Below are positions 1 to 11,376 of a stretch of DNA of 64,000 nucleotides, in pieces. The stretch comes from a virus. The number at the start of each line of letters is the position of its first letter. The first letter of the stretch is position 1. Made by a program: the position numbers and the translations under genes. The stretch is from the IMG/VR virus record IMGVR_UViG_2537562057_000004; one strand, written 5' to 3'. The notes below the pieces were generated by a model that saw only the letters and a program-made list of their open reading frames with translations, was not told where the DNA came from and ran no database searches.

Positions 1-297
1 TTTTTCAATCGCAGTTTCATTGGATTCATTAAGATTGATATCAACATGCTTGGGCAATATTTCAATACGCGTACCACATTTGGTTTCGATGACTCCAACA
101 TATTGATCTAGTCTGAGCTTTCTACGCCCAGCTAATTCAAATACTTTTGCACCATGTTTAGAAAATGAAGCCGAAAGTTCACATAAATGGTCAAAAGCAG
201 ATGCTGAAATATAAGCATGGTCTATCGTTGATTCAGGACATCCAGTACGTGCAATGCTAATGTATGCATATTCTCTGACAGTTATCAGATCAGACAT
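1..297 (-). CDS. mcrC: McrC family restriction subunit (5' part, runs off window)
   Basis: Manual translation from ATG 297: MSDLITVREY...LRLDQYVGVIETKCGTRIEILPK (McrC N-terminal motif); directly downstream of mcrB. Confidence 0.85.
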   Translation of the reverse strand, partial: MSDLITVREYAYISIARTGCPESTIDHAYISASAFDHLCELSASFSKHGAKVFELAGRRKLRLDQYVGVIETKCGTRIEILPKHVDINLNESNETAIEK

Positions 298-308
298 TTT
301 CGCCCCTA

Positions 309-2447
309 TCAGTACTGAATAATCTTTTTGAAACTTTCAATAGAGTTAAATGAAGTCGGTACCAATTCCCAAATTTTTTTATCTTCAAAGTACCCTAATT
401 CTTCAGAATCTACATTTGGGAATATTGCTGATGTTTCCACAGGCTTTGGCTTAAGCATTCCATTACCATTTAAAACTAAATTAATCTTTGCCCAATCATC
501 AAAAAAATATTCTTGAAGCTGTGGAATAACTTTCTGCTTAAAAATGTTTGAGAGATTTTCTAAAGTTGGCTGTTGCTCTAGGCTCATAAAATTAGCGTGA
601 CCTAGGCAATGATCCCGATCAAGTAATATTTCAATACGTTGATTGATAACGGTTAATAATTTTTGGATATTAACCTCATCAACCGTTACTTTTGCTAATA
701 ACTCTGGTTTCGGCGGCATTTCAATGAAGGTAAAACGACGACGTAAGGCAATATCAAGACCTGTCAACGAACGATCTGAACTATTCATTGTTCCTATAAT
801 ATAAAGATTTTTTGGTACACTAAAGGGCTTCCTAGAATATGGTAAAATTATAGAAAGAGACTCTTTTGCCCCTTGTCGTTTGGAGTCTTCAATTAAAGTA
901 ATTAGTTCACCAAAAATACGTGAAATATTACCACGGTTAATTTCATCAATAATCAAAACGTGATTCTGATCATTTTTATTGATTTGGACTGGTTTTATTT
1001 TAGGTTTTAAAAACTCAGCAACTGCTTTTATATAACTTCTATTATAGGCATTCTCAATTTGCTCACCTGAAAGCAAACTTTTAATTTTACTTATATTTGC
1101 ATAATAAGTAGCCTTCATTTCGGAAGCTAATGGTTGACATTGGAGGGTTACACCACTACCAACATAACTTACTTTGAACTTTTTATTTTGTTGAGTATAG
1201 AGTTCTAATGGAGTTTCAGTAATCTCATCGAGAAATTTTTCTACTATTTCATCTATAGATTCTGCTTGTTGAGAAACCCCTGTAGCATTTTTACATATAT
1301 CTTTAAAAACTCCAGATTTTTCGTTGTATGTTAAATTCCCTTGATCATCATTTTTAGCTTGAATTCCTTCCACAAAATCTTCATAACTAAAACTTTGATG
1401 AAAAGTGACAAACTTTATTTGCCCTTGGTTTTTATAATTATCAAACCGATTCTTTAACTCTTCACGGGTCTCAGCTTCTAGCTCTTCCAATGATTTATCT
1501 TCAATAATCGAAAGTGCATGATTGATTGTATTAAAAGTTTTCCCCGTCCCAGCAGCACCAAATAAGATACGATTTAATGGTTGTACCATCTTATTCGACA
1601 TTTCTTTATCTTCCCTTGAATTACTGTTGTCTAATGATCGATGTGTATCTAATTCATACCATTCACAAAATTTTTCTAAATCATTTAAATTATTTATCTC
1701 AATGTAATATGCTTTATTACCCTTATACAAACTAGGAGCATGAGACTTCAAACCATTATGACGCCCTTCGTTTTCATCATATTTACCGAATATTTTCGAA
1801 TTATTATCAATAAAATTAAATTTAAAGTATTGGTTGTCTTCTGGATCTACACCTATAAACAAAGAAGGTCTAGAGTTTTCTAAAATCAAAGTTAACTCTC
1901 GATTAGAATTATTTCTAAATCCAACTATTTTTCTGGTTGCTTCCTTAGTTTTCTGATACTTTGTTTTTAAAAAATTGTAAGCTTCTAAAGTTGTAAAATA
2001 GTCTTCTACTTCATAATTTACAGGGTATAAATCTTCACCTGAGTAGTCTAAGTCAAACTCCTCTGTGAATGTCTTTACCTTATCTAACCAGCCTTTTAAA
2101 TTTAATTCTTTTTGTATAGATTGAACATAAGCTTGTGGTAGTACGCCCTCATCAACACGTAATAATCTATATGTTTGATCTGTAATGTACGGCATAAAAC
2201 TTCCATTCTTTTCCAAATGAAGTACAAATAAGAAATCTTCTACTCTCTTCGCTTGAACTTTCTTTCTTCCAAACCCTAAATATCCATATTTAGACGAACC
2301 TGCATGATAAATATCTATTTCAGGAAATACTTGCTTAATTTCCGATAATAATTCCCAGAACCATTTTTTTTGTTCTTGAGATAAAAGTGCAACATATTCA
2401 CTAATACGAGGCAAATTAAATTTTTGCTTAAACTCTTCTAATTCCAT
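309..2447 (-). CDS. mcrB: McrB family AAA+ GTPase with ~280 aa unknown N-terminal region
   Basis: GAAGTGKT, FVTFHQSFSYEDFVEG, IIDEINRGNISRIFGELITLIE, GTMNSSDRS, ALRRRF. Confidence 0.93.
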   Translation of the reverse strand: MELEEFKQKFNLPRISEYVALLSQEQKKWFWELLSEIKQVFPEIDIYHAGSSKYGYLGFGRKKVQAKRVEDFLFVLHLEKNGSFMPYITDQTYRLLRVDEGVLPQAYVQSIQKELNLKGWLDKVKTFTEEFDLDYSGEDLYPVNYEVEDYFTTLEAYNFLKTKYQKTKEATRKIVGFRNNSNRELTLILENSRPSLFIGVDPEDNQYFKFNFIDNNSKIFGKYDENEGRHNGLKSHAPSLYKGNKAYYIEINNLNDLEKFCEWYELDTHRSLDNSNSREDKEMSNKMVQPLNRILFGAAGTGKTFNTINHALSIIEDKSLEELEAETREELKNRFDNYKNQGQIKFVTFHQSFSYEDFVEGIQAKNDDQGNLTYNEKSGVFKDICKNATGVSQQAESIDEIVEKFLDEITETPLELYTQQNKKFKVSYVGSGVTLQCQPLASEMKATYYANISKIKSLLSGEQIENAYNRSYIKAVAEFLKPKIKPVQINKNDQNHVLIIDEINRGNISRIFGELITLIEDSKRQGAKESLSIILPYSRKPFSVPKNLYIIGTMNSSDRSLTGLDIALRRRFTFIEMPPKPELLAKVTVDEVNIQKLLTVINQRIEILLDRDHCLGHANFMSLEQQPTLENLSNIFKQKVIPQLQEYFFDDWAKINLVLNGNGMLKPKPVETSAIFPNVDSEELGYFEDKKIWELVPTSFNSIESFKKIIQY

Positions 2448-2477
2448 GAATTAAATAACCTTATGCCTTATCTATTG

Positions 2478-5400
2478 TCATCTTGTTTTTTGCTGACTCA
2501 CTAAAACATCATAAATAATATTTGCAAACTGGCGCATCTTAGCTGGATCACTCATTAACTGTATAGTCTGCTCATTATGTGCAGTATTACTATCTAAAAC
2601 AGCATCATCTAAAGCACTATCAAACTCACCCAACATTGCTTGTTCACGAGTATTATTTTCAATTTGCTTCATCATTTTAGTGTTTTCAGACATCTTGTCT
2701 GCTACCGTATATACATAATTAAGCATGTCCTGATCTGTCAGTTTATCGGTAATAAATACTTCATTTACACGCTGCAAGATGACTGATAAAAATTCTTCAT
2801 TTTTATTTTTTGGCTTTGCCGTACCCAAATCATTAGCTGGTTCTAATTTATGTTCAGTACTATTGGCTTTAAGTTGGATATCCTGCTGCCGAATCTTAGA
2901 GAGTCGATAATGACTCATAGCAACATTACTTAAGTCAATCACATCTTCATCAGCTACTTGCTCACGCAATAACGGTCGTAAGTTACGAGCAAACAAACTG
3001 ATTTTTTCGAGCTCTTTATCGTTATATTCTACAATCTGTGACATAAATTCATAAAAGCGCGTAAAACTACCTAAATCCTTTTTAAAGATTTCGAGTGCAT
3101 CACGCGCTTTTTTCGCTTCGGCAAATTCATTTTCAGCATTGGCAATTAAAACGGGTTCGCCTGTTCGCTTAGTAATTTCCAAACGATTTTTTGTCACATC
3201 ATAATCATTGATTGCTTTCGTATAACTTTGCTGCCAACGTTGCATTGCAGGTTTACAAATATTGGCGAGTGCAGCATTGGATTTATTTTTGCTATAGAAA
3301 GCATCAACAAATTGTTCAACTTCGGTCATTAAGAAAATACGTGCTGCTTTAAGTTTTTCAGCTAAGTCATAGACAATATCAGGGTTTGAGACATCTGCTA
3401 GTTCAGCTGTTTGGTAGTAGGGTTGGAACGCATCCAAAATATCCTGCGGATCGTTAAAAAAATCCAGTACAAATGTGCCGGACTCTGCCTTACCAGGATA
3501 GATACGATTTAAGCGTGATAAGGTTTGTACGCATTCCACACCACCTAATTTTTTATCGACGTACATCGCACAAAGTTTTGGTTGATCAAAACCTGTTTGG
3601 AACTTATTTGCCACAATCATTACTTGAAAGTCATCACTGTCAAATGCCTTACGCATTTCACGGCCTTTCAAGTTCAAATTCATATTGCTTTCAGTAAATT
3701 TTTGCCCAAGTAAATGACGGCTGTCCGCATCATTTTCAGCAAATTCTACTTCACCTGAAAATGCCACCATCGCTTGAATATTGGCATAATTTTGTTCAGC
3801 CACATATTTATCAAAGGCTTGCTTATAGCGTACAGCTTCTTTACGTGAACTCGTTACCACCATCGCCTTTGCTTGGCCACCCAATAGGCCCATTACATTC
3901 TTTTTAAAATGCTCAATGATCACACGTACTTTTTGAGAAATATTATGGTCATGTAAACGTACCCATTGATTTAGTTTAATCTTGGCTTTTTTTGCATCGA
4001 CCTGATCGTCTTTTTCTTCAATTTTCTGCTTTAACTTATATATGACTTTATAGTTTGTATAGTTTTTTAAGACATCCAAAATAAAGCCTTCCTCAATTGC
4101 TTGGCGCATTGAATAGACATGATAAGCTTCAGGTTTATTGGTTTTAGATGGTGGTAAACTTGGATTGGGCAAACGTCCAAATAGCTGTAGCGTTTTATCT
4201 TTTGGCGTTGCAGTAAAGGCATAATAACTTAAATTATAATTACCAATTCGAGCTGCCATTGTTTCTGAAATTTTTTCATTTGTAGATTTATCTTCATCAA
4301 ATTCATCAGACATTAATACTTTTTTTAGTTCAACTGATGTCTTACCACTTTGAGAAGAATGTGCCTCATCAGCAATTACAGCATATTTGCGTTCTTTTAA
4401 ACTAGTACTATTTTCAATTGCATCAAGTACGAAAGGGAAAGTTTGAATAGTCACAATAATAATTGGCTGCGCCATTTCCAATGCTTTTGCCAATTTCTCA
4501 GATTTGGAACCATCACCCTCTTTATTGTTGATTCGTCCGACCACACCGTCAGCATGTTCAAACTGATAAATCGTATCTTGTAACTGCGCATCGAGAATAG
4601 TTCGGTCAGTCACTACAATCACTGAATCGAACATCTTTTTATTGTTAGCATCATATAGGCTAGACAGTTGATGTGCGGTCCATGCAATTGAATTAGATTT
4701 ACCTGAACCTGCACTATGCTGGATCAGATATTTTTGTCCTGTGCCTTTTGCCAAGGAGTCTTCGATTAATTTCGTCACAACTTTCCACTGGTGATAACGT
4801 GGAAAAATCAGGCTTTCTTTTTTATATTTACGTCCTTCCCAATCTTCTTTTTCTTCAATCTGTAAATGAATAAAGTTACCAATAATATTAAGCAAGCTAT
4901 CTGGGGTTAGAACTTCATTCCACAGATAACCTGTGGCATATTCACTCACATCTTCAGGTACGTCATTACCTGCCCCCTGTTCTTTGGTGCCTTTGTTAAA
5001 TGGCAAGAAATAGGTATTGTCACCATTGAGGTGAGTTGCCATATAGACTTCATACTGGCTCACCGCAAAATGTACCAATGCGCCTCGTTTAAAGGTCAAT
5101 AACGGTTCTGGTTTATTGGTTTCAGGGTCTTTTGGCAGACGTGTTTTTTTATACTGTGCCATGGCATTTTGCACGGCTTGTTTAAATTCTGACTTAAGTT
5201 CTAGCGTTGCGACTGGAAAACCATTAATAAACAGGACTAAATCGATGCGCCATTTTTTTGCTTGTTTACCTGTCGCTTCGAGTTCGGCTTTGTTGGCATA
5301 TGGGCTATATACTAATTCAGGTACAACACGACAAATATTCTGTTTATAAATTTCATTTAAGTGTGGGTTTAAACCATGTTCAGGTTTAAACTGGCAAAAT

Positions 5401-5732
5401 GAAAAGCGTGTACCTCGGGTTTTCAGTCCATGACGCAATACGCCCAAAGTCCCGTAACTGCGGGATTCAATATCGGTGGCGTTAATATCCGCTTTCTTAA
5501 GCTGTGCCACTACGGTATCTAAAAAATGACGCTCCGTATCATTGGGAAAAATACTTTTAAATTTTTGCCATTCGAAGTCTTGGGTCTTTTGTACAAAGTC
5601 TAAAACATCTTGTTCGTATATGGCTTTTTCACGGTTGTAGCCCTGCGCTGAACCCACCAGCCAACCGTGGCTTTGCATTTGTTCAATAATGTCTTTCTGA
5701 AAAATCGTTTCTAAAGTTGCATCCGATCTCAT
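2478..5732 (-). CDS. hsdR: Type I restriction enzyme R subunit
   Basis: IDLVLFINGFPVATLELK nuclease motif, QHSAGSGKS, IADEAHSSQ, FTATPK, TGFDQP, QTLSRLNR. Confidence 0.96.
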   Translation of the reverse strand: MRSDATLETIFQKDIIEQMQSHGWLVGSAQGYNREKAIYEQDVLDFVQKTQDFEWQKFKSIFPNDTERHFLDTVVAQLKKADINATDIESRSYGTLGVLRHGLKTRGTRFSFCQFKPEHGLNPHLNEIYKQNICRVVPELVYSPYANKAELEATGKQAKKWRIDLVLFINGFPVATLELKSEFKQAVQNAMAQYKKTRLPKDPETNKPEPLLTFKRGALVHFAVSQYEVYMATHLNGDNTYFLPFNKGTKEQGAGNDVPEDVSEYATGYLWNEVLTPDSLLNIIGNFIHLQIEEKEDWEGRKYKKESLIFPRYHQWKVVTKLIEDSLAKGTGQKYLIQHSAGSGKSNSIAWTAHQLSSLYDANNKKMFDSVIVVTDRTILDAQLQDTIYQFEHADGVVGRINNKEGDGSKSEKLAKALEMAQPIIIVTIQTFPFVLDAIENSTSLKERKYAVIADEAHSSQSGKTSVELKKVLMSDEFDEDKSTNEKISETMAARIGNYNLSYYAFTATPKDKTLQLFGRLPNPSLPPSKTNKPEAYHVYSMRQAIEEGFILDVLKNYTNYKVIYKLKQKIEEKDDQVDAKKAKIKLNQWVRLHDHNISQKVRVIIEHFKKNVMGLLGGQAKAMVVTSSRKEAVRYKQAFDKYVAEQNYANIQAMVAFSGEVEFAENDADSRHLLGQKFTESNMNLNLKGREMRKAFDSDDFQVMIVANKFQTGFDQPKLCAMYVDKKLGGVECVQTLSRLNRIYPGKAESGTFVLDFFNDPQDILDAFQPYYQTAELADVSNPDIVYDLAEKLKAARIFLMTEVEQFVDAFYSKNKSNAALANICKPAMQRWQQSYTKAINDYDVTKNRLEITKRTGEPVLIANAENEFAEAKKARDALEIFKKDLGSFTRFYEFMSQIVEYNDKELEKISLFARNLRPLLREQVADEDVIDLSNVAMSHYRLSKIRQQDIQLKANSTEHKLEPANDLGTAKPKNKNEEFLSVILQRVNEVFITDKLTDQDMLNYVYTVADKMSENTKMMKQIENNTREQAMLGEFDSALDDAVLDSNTAHNEQTIQLMSDPAKMRQFANIIYDVLVSQQKTR

Positions 5733-7108
5733 GCACTTAACTCCATGTTATCTTGATTATTATTTTTATTTGGGCTTTGCCAATGACGAACGTCAATTTT
5801 TCCTGTTACGGCTGCGGAAATAAGCGCTGTACGGCGTTCTTGCATCAATTGAATTGCGGATTCAGCTTTTAAAATTAATGTGTCAATTTTAGCGGTTTCT
5901 TGGTCTAGGAATTTGACGATTTCAAACTGCTCAGCAAGCTCAGGAATAGGAATATAAAATTTATTCAAATCAGCTTGGAATAAATGAGGCACTCCCATTC
6001 CTCCCTTAATTCTTTGAATGGTATTTACCATAAAACTACTTGTAAGTAGATAAAGTAAGAATTCACTTGTTAAATTTTTATAAGGCGTAATTACCGCAAT
6101 AGAACTATTGACAGTAGCAGGTTTTGGCAAATCACGGACGATATTAACTGTGCCCAATGTAGAGCCATCTTTTGTTAATAATATATCTCCAATATTTAAT
6201 TTTATTTCTGGTGACTCCTCATAACGTTGCTTATTAATATAGTTAACATTATTAAAGTCTATCTGTTTTCCTTTTATATTAGGTGTAGCAAGGAATATAT
6301 AGCCATCATCTACATATTCATCAGCTTTCAAGCCTTTCCAACCAAGTCTTGCTCTAATCCACGTTTCATATCCCAAGCGAGAAACCATCCACTCCAGAGG
6401 TACTTGCCCTAACCACTCTACACCTGAATCTTTCATGGCTACTTTGGGGTTTAAACCTTTAGTCACGGCATGGCTAATCACCGTCTGACGTTTTTCTTTT
6501 AGCAGTTCAATCAGCTTTTCTTGCTTGGCAATGAGGTTGTCGATTTTTGTGGTTTCATGGTCGAGGAAATTTGCAATTTTTTTAATTTCTTCATCATTAG
6601 GTAATGGACAATCCATATCTCCAAGATGCTCTAAATTAAGACCATCTCTTAAATCTCCACCAGCCATATTTCGGATGTTTTGATAGTTTGAGGTTATCCA
6701 CCAAAATAAATAACGGGCGTAACTTAAATCATTAGGAATAATCGCTCCCATTGATTGATTACAAGTAGTATTTATACCCAGTTGAGCAACCATACCTTTA
6801 GTTTTTCCTTGCCCAGCCAATGCCATGACTAAAGCTTTTTGAGGAATCCATTTAGCACTGCTATTCTCATAAGCAGTTTGAGTAATATATGTTGACGGTT
6901 CTAAAATATACGTCTGATTTACTGCCCCTGAATTAATCCAAGGTATTGTTCCATTTTCCCAATAGCTTTCGATAGTTTTAGATGGTGTTCCACCTGCATA
7001 AATTGTCGATATCCATTTCAAATGAACACTATTCCAATGTATAGGTAATTTATCCGTCCATTCACAGCCTGAATCTTTATATTCAACATATTTCTGATAC
7101 TTTGCCAT
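5729..7108 (-). CDS. hsdS: Type I R-M specificity subunit
   Basis: Two TRDs separated by conserved helices (FLDHETTKIDNLI...AVTKGLNPKVAMKDSGVEWLG; ALISAAVTGKIDVR). Confidence 0.95.
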   Translation of the reverse strand: MAKYQKYVEYKDSGCEWTDKLPIHWNSVHLKWISTIYAGGTPSKTIESYWENGTIPWINSGAVNQTYILEPSTYITQTAYENSSAKWIPQKALVMALAGQGKTKGMVAQLGINTTCNQSMGAIIPNDLSYARYLFWWITSNYQNIRNMAGGDLRDGLNLEHLGDMDCPLPNDEEIKKIANFLDHETTKIDNLIAKQEKLIELLKEKRQTVISHAVTKGLNPKVAMKDSGVEWLGQVPLEWMVSRLGYETWIRARLGWKGLKADEYVDDGYIFLATPNIKGKQIDFNNVNYINKQRYEESPEIKLNIGDILLTKDGSTLGTVNIVRDLPKPATVNSSIAVITPYKNLTSEFLLYLLTSSFMVNTIQRIKGGMGVPHLFQADLNKFYIPIPELAEQFEIVKFLDQETAKIDTLILKAESAIQLMQERRTALISAAVTGKIDVRHWQSPNKNNNQDNMELSA

Positions 7109-9384
7109 TATGAATGCACCTCTTGGAGAAGCGCCATAATTTCACGGCTCACTGCATCCAAATCTGCATCAATTTCGGCTAAATCACGTGGCGGTTGATA
7201 TACATAAAAATGACGATTAAACGGAATCTCATAACCGACTATGCCAATCTCGCCATCCTGTGCATCACGCTTATCGGCATTAATCCATGCATCAGACACA
7301 TGCGGTTGTACTTCGCGTTTAAAGTAAGACTCAATTAAATCAGTTGTACTTTGACTTGGATCCAGTGCAATATTTTCCGCATCACGCAAATCACCATCCT
7401 GTACAAACTCAACTATTTTGCCTTTATAGCTAAACTGACCATATAGCGGATTTTCTTTCGCTTTAACAACTTTATTAATTACAGGTTCAGCTTCAGGATT
7501 TTTCCAAGTGATGGCATCCAAGAACTGCTTTTTCTCTTTCGCTTCGAGTTTAATACTGGTGTCTTTTAAAGCCTGTTTGAGCAGCTCATCAAAGGCATTA
7601 AAATCGTTATGCTGCGCTATACCTATCTTGGTTTGTAAGCTTTGTACTTTACGCATTAAAGCCCGTTGCTCTAACCAGAGTTTTGGCTCAAGTACAGTTT
7701 TAATATCTTTTTCCTTCAATTCGCTAAATTCAGCTTTGATCAATGTACGAATTTCAACGTGTTGATCTTCACTCAACTGTCCATAGCTTGTTTCATTCCA
7801 ATCTTTGCCATAGCTTTCATAGACTTTTTGCATCACGGCATTAAATGGCTTAGGTGCAAAACGTAAAGTTGCAATTCGGTCATCAGACAGTTGCGCTGAT
7901 AAACGTAACGGACGTTCAATGGTCACACGGCGATAGCCAAACTCATAGCTGTTAAAAATTTTGCTTGAGAATGGTTTTTGCTGTTCACCTTCACCATCTA
8001 AAGTCAGTGTATCTACCGCTTCAAACGCTCCATAGTTTTGGGTAATTGTCTTAATTTCTGATTCTGTTAGATAGTTACGCTTTGAACCAAGTGACTTACG
8101 CATTTTCGAGCTGAGGTTCGATGCATTAATTAAATGCACTTTGCCTTTACGTTCAATATCTTTCTTATTGCTGAGTACCCAAACATAGGTCGCAATGCCT
8201 GTGTTATAGAACATGTCTGTAGGTAAGGCGATAATTGCTTCAAGCAAATCCGCTTCTAAAATATAACGGCGGATTTCACTTTCACCACTGCCTGCACTAC
8301 CTGTAAACAAAGGTGAACCATTTAAGATGATACCAATTCGACTGCCTTGACCAGTGCTATCCACATCACGCATCTTGCTAATCAAATGCATCAAGAATAA
8401 CAGTGAACCATCAGACACACGGGGTAAACCAGCTCCAAAACGACCATTAAAGCCTTTTTGTTCGTGCTCATCTTTAATTTCATCTTCGATCTTTTTCCAG
8501 TCCACACCAAATGGCGGATTTGACAGCATATAGTCAAATTTTTCATAAGTGAGCTGATCGTTAGATAATGTATTTCCTAGCTTAATATTACGGACATCTT
8601 GTCCTTTAATTAGCATATCTGCTTTACAAATAGCATAGGACTCTGGATTAAGTTCCTGACCAAAAACACGCATCACTGCTTCAGGATTATGCTCATAAAC
8701 ATATTCCGTACCCGAAGATAAGAAACCACCTGTCCCAGCAGTTGGGTCATAAATGGTCCGAATCACTCCTTCTTTATTTAAGGCATCATCATCTTGGCTA
8801 AAAATGAGGCCAGTGGTGAGTCGTACAATATCTCGTGGAGTAAAGTGCTCCCCTGCGGTTTCATTCGAACTTTCAGCAAAACGTCGAATAAGCTCTTCAA
8901 ATACTAAGCCCATATCATGATTAGAAATATTTTCTGGACTTAAATCGGTTGAAGCAAATTTCTGAATGACTTTATAAAGTAAGTTTGCATCATCCAATAA
9001 ACCCGTAAATTCATCAAACTTAAAATGTTCAAAGATTTCACGCGCATCTTTTGAAAAGTGTTGGATGTAATTACCGAGATTTACCCGAATATTCTTTTGC
9101 CCTAAACTACTCAAATCAAGCTCTGAGGTATTAAAAAATGACAGGCCCTTTGTTGCCTTTAATAACATTTTTTCTTTTGCTTCTTCTGGTAAAGGCATCG
9201 CCTTCACTTTCTCATTTGTCTCTAAGACACTGGTTTTACTACTCTCAAACACACATTCTAAACGACGTAGTAATGTAAAAGGTAAAATTACTCTCCCATA
9301 TTGGGACTGCTTAAAATCTCCTCGTAATAGGTCAGCAACAGACCAAATAAAAGCAGCAACCTGAGAAAAGTTCGTATTTGTCAT
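7108..9384 (-). CDS. hsdM: Type I R-M N6-adenine methyltransferase
   Basis: [39 protein letters not shown]. Confidence 0.96.
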   Translation of the reverse strand: MTNTNFSQVAAFIWSVADLLRGDFKQSQYGRVILPFTLLRRLECVFESSKTSVLETNEKVKAMPLPEEAKEKMLLKATKGLSFFNTSELDLSSLGQKNIRVNLGNYIQHFSKDAREIFEHFKFDEFTGLLDDANLLYKVIQKFASTDLSPENISNHDMGLVFEELIRRFAESSNETAGEHFTPRDIVRLTTGLIFSQDDDALNKEGVIRTIYDPTAGTGGFLSSGTEYVYEHNPEAVMRVFGQELNPESYAICKADMLIKGQDVRNIKLGNTLSNDQLTYEKFDYMLSNPPFGVDWKKIEDEIKDEHEQKGFNGRFGAGLPRVSDGSLLFLMHLISKMRDVDSTGQGSRIGIILNGSPLFTGSAGSGESEIRRYILEADLLEAIIALPTDMFYNTGIATYVWVLSNKKDIERKGKVHLINASNLSSKMRKSLGSKRNYLTESEIKTITQNYGAFEAVDTLTLDGEGEQQKPFSSKIFNSYEFGYRRVTIERPLRLSAQLSDDRIATLRFAPKPFNAVMQKVYESYGKDWNETSYGQLSEDQHVEIRTLIKAEFSELKEKDIKTVLEPKLWLEQRALMRKVQSLQTKIGIAQHNDFNAFDELLKQALKDTSIKLEAKEKKQFLDAITWKNPEAEPVINKVVKAKENPLYGQFSYKGKIVEFVQDGDLRDAENIALDPSQSTTDLIESYFKREVQPHVSDAWINADKRDAQDGEIGIVGYEIPFNRHFYVYQPPRDLAEIDADLDAVSREIMALLQEVHS

Positions 9385-9431
9385 GTTTACTAAAACCTTG
9401 TGTACAACTGTTAATTTTAATTCGTCAATAA

Positions 9432-9464
9432 AAAAGCCCCAAATAATTAATATTTGGGGCTTTT
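9432..9464 (-). terminator. Intrinsic terminator downstream of tmRNA 3' fragment
   Basis: AAAAGCCCCAAATA/TATTTGGGGCTTTT stem with U-run on minus strand. Confidence 0.8.
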
Positions 9465-9471
9465 CGAATCT

Positions 9472-9495
9472 TGGTGGAGATGGCGGGAGTTGAAC
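9472..9495 (-). mobile_element. Attachment site: displaced 3' end of tmRNA (ssrA), prophage boundary
   Basis: Minus strand GTTCAACTCCCGCCATCTCCACCA = T-loop, acceptor stem and CCA typical of tmRNA; the rest of the gene is absent. Confidence 0.8.
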
Positions 9496-9536
9496 ACAAA
9501 TATTAAATTATTGATTTTATAATTACTTTTTCGGCA

Positions 9537-9566
9537 TATAACATGCTGGTATAACTCATGTATAAC
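9537..9566. repeat. Three TATAAC direct repeats, probable integrase arm-type sites
   Basis: TATAAC at 9537, 9550, 9561 just inside the att core, next to an IHF-like TTATTGATTTTA. Confidence 0.45.
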
Positions 9567-9647
9567 ATTTAATTTTGATTAAGTATGATTAACAACAGTT
9601 TCTTTTTTGTTCATGTCCGACTGTAGGACTTGAACTCAGGACCTATT

Positions 9648-10544
9648 TTATCCATTTTTATCAAAATTAAAATTTTGGGCATCCACCCATTCTTTTATGT
9701 TAAACCACTTTTTTGCAATATTTTCTACCTTATCTTCATGCATTACATCATACATAAATTTACTCTTAGAAATATATCTGATGCACTTTAGACCAGTTTC
9801 ATCATAAGTTTCTAACATAGCTAAGAAAGATCCGCCAAAATCAATATACACTGGACACTTTGCCTCTAGCCAAGTACTTCTAGGTTTTTTCCAATCAAAT
9901 TGATAATGTCCAATATGATTATCTTGTACTTCTTTAAAAATTTTGCGTATAGAATGACCCTCAACTAACCCCCGTATAGCTTCAAGATTGCTTTTACTTA
10001 TCTCTGGTATTTCGGGATACGATTCTCTTGTCTCAGAAATTCTATAGAACATCCCATTTTCGTTCACAGGGATCAAATCATCATGTTTTGCTTTATACCA
10101 AACTAAATCTTTACCTAATGCCGAATTAGGGTCTGGTAGTATATGACAGAACTTGAAATTTTTTTTAAACTCTTCTCCATCAATAACCCAGACTAAATTC
10201 TTATAAAACTCTTCCCTTGATATTCTTTCTTTATCAGATATCGGGGAATGCTGTAATTCAACTATTATGCCGGTAGGTGTTTTTACGTCTGCTCTATGTA
10301 TTTCTCCATCTGGAGCTGTATGACTAATTTCACGACATTCCAATGGAAAATTATTCTTCCAATCTCTATGCCATTGAGTTTCATTTTCCCACCATGGGTC
10401 ACAATCCTTTAGCCTGAAATGAGCCCAATGATTGATGATTTTAGACCCACACTTAGCAATTGTTACAGCTCCACAAATTGGACAGTTTCCTCTCCCCCCT
10501 TCAAAAGCTTCTACCCGTTTATTATTTACTAAAGCTAATTGCAT
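9648..10544 (-). CDS. CoiA-like PD-(D/E)XK nuclease with N-terminal Zn ribbon
   Basis: CPIC...HWAH...ETQWH...HRADV...VELQHSPIS motif set. Confidence 0.8.
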   Translation of the reverse strand: MQLALVNNKRVEAFEGGRGNCPICGAVTIAKCGSKIINHWAHFRLKDCDPWWENETQWHRDWKNNFPLECREISHTAPDGEIHRADVKTPTGIIVELQHSPISDKERISREEFYKNLVWVIDGEEFKKNFKFCHILPDPNSALGKDLVWYKAKHDDLIPVNENGMFYRISETRESYPEIPEISKSNLEAIRGLVEGHSIRKIFKEVQDNHIGHYQFDWKKPRSTWLEAKCPVYIDFGGSFLAMLETYDETGLKCIRYISKSKFMYDVMHEDKVENIAKKWFNIKEWVDAQNFNFDKNG

Positions 10545-10659
10545 TTATTCACCTTAATGTTTAATCATTTTAGGATATTCTTAAAACAATATATCAACTC
10601 TTATAAGTAAAACTTATCCACAATTGAAAAATAATTAAAAGTTAAAAGGAGTTCAAACT

Positions 10660-11266
10660 ATGTGTGCAAACTATGAACCAATATCAAAAGACCGGGTACA
10701 CCTATTAGATCTACTCGAACCTACCTTCGACTATAAAGCTGATGTTTATCCGGGTTACGACTGCCCTCTTATATTTTCTAAGGATGGCCACATTGAATGG
10801 CGGCAAGTAAAGTTCGGCATGATCCCACCTTGGAACCATGATTTAAAATTTTCTAAATACACTTACAATGCTAGAACTGAGACGGTAGATAAAAAGCCAG
10901 TTTGCACTAATTCCAGTCGAAAAGATCTATGAACCGAGATATGTGAATGGTAAAGCGGAAAGATGGGGAATTTATCGAGAGGATGGCTTACCTTTTACAG
11001 TAGCTGCTATTTATGATTCGACTGTGATTGATGGGCAGCAAGTAAGATCAATGTCAATGCTAACTATTAATGCAGATAATCACCCTTTTATGTCACAGTT
11101 TCATAAGCCAGAAGATGAAAAGCGGTCTATTATCGTTATTCCTGACGAGTATCGAGAAGATTGGCTGAATTGCAAAAAAGAAGATGCAGATCAATTTTTC
11201 TTTGAAATGCCCTTAGGTAAATTTACTGCAGACTACTTCCCAAAACCAAAAAAAAGTGCAAATTAG
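10660..11266 (+). pseudogene. SOS-response-associated peptidase (SRAP/HMCES family), frameshifted near 10900
   Basis: MCANY start and YNARTET in one frame; QFALIPVEKIYEPRYV...TINADNHPFMSQFHKPEDEKRSIIVI continues in another frame. Confidence 0.85.
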
Positions 11267-11376
11267 CACCGTTGAATTTCCGACCAAATGCACTAACTAA
11301 CGCGACAAGTAATGACTAGTCATTATTTATGCACAATTTTTTTAATTTGAATTTAAACCAAGCTCTAGCATATCAT

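Noticed and set aside
9472..9495. Complete tRNA/tmRNA gene
   Set aside because: Only 24 nt of the 3' end is present
9614..9644. tRNA-like 3' half on minus strand (GGTCCTGAGTTCAAGTCCTACAGTCGGACA)
   Set aside because: T-stem does not pair and there is no CCA; at best a degenerate relic
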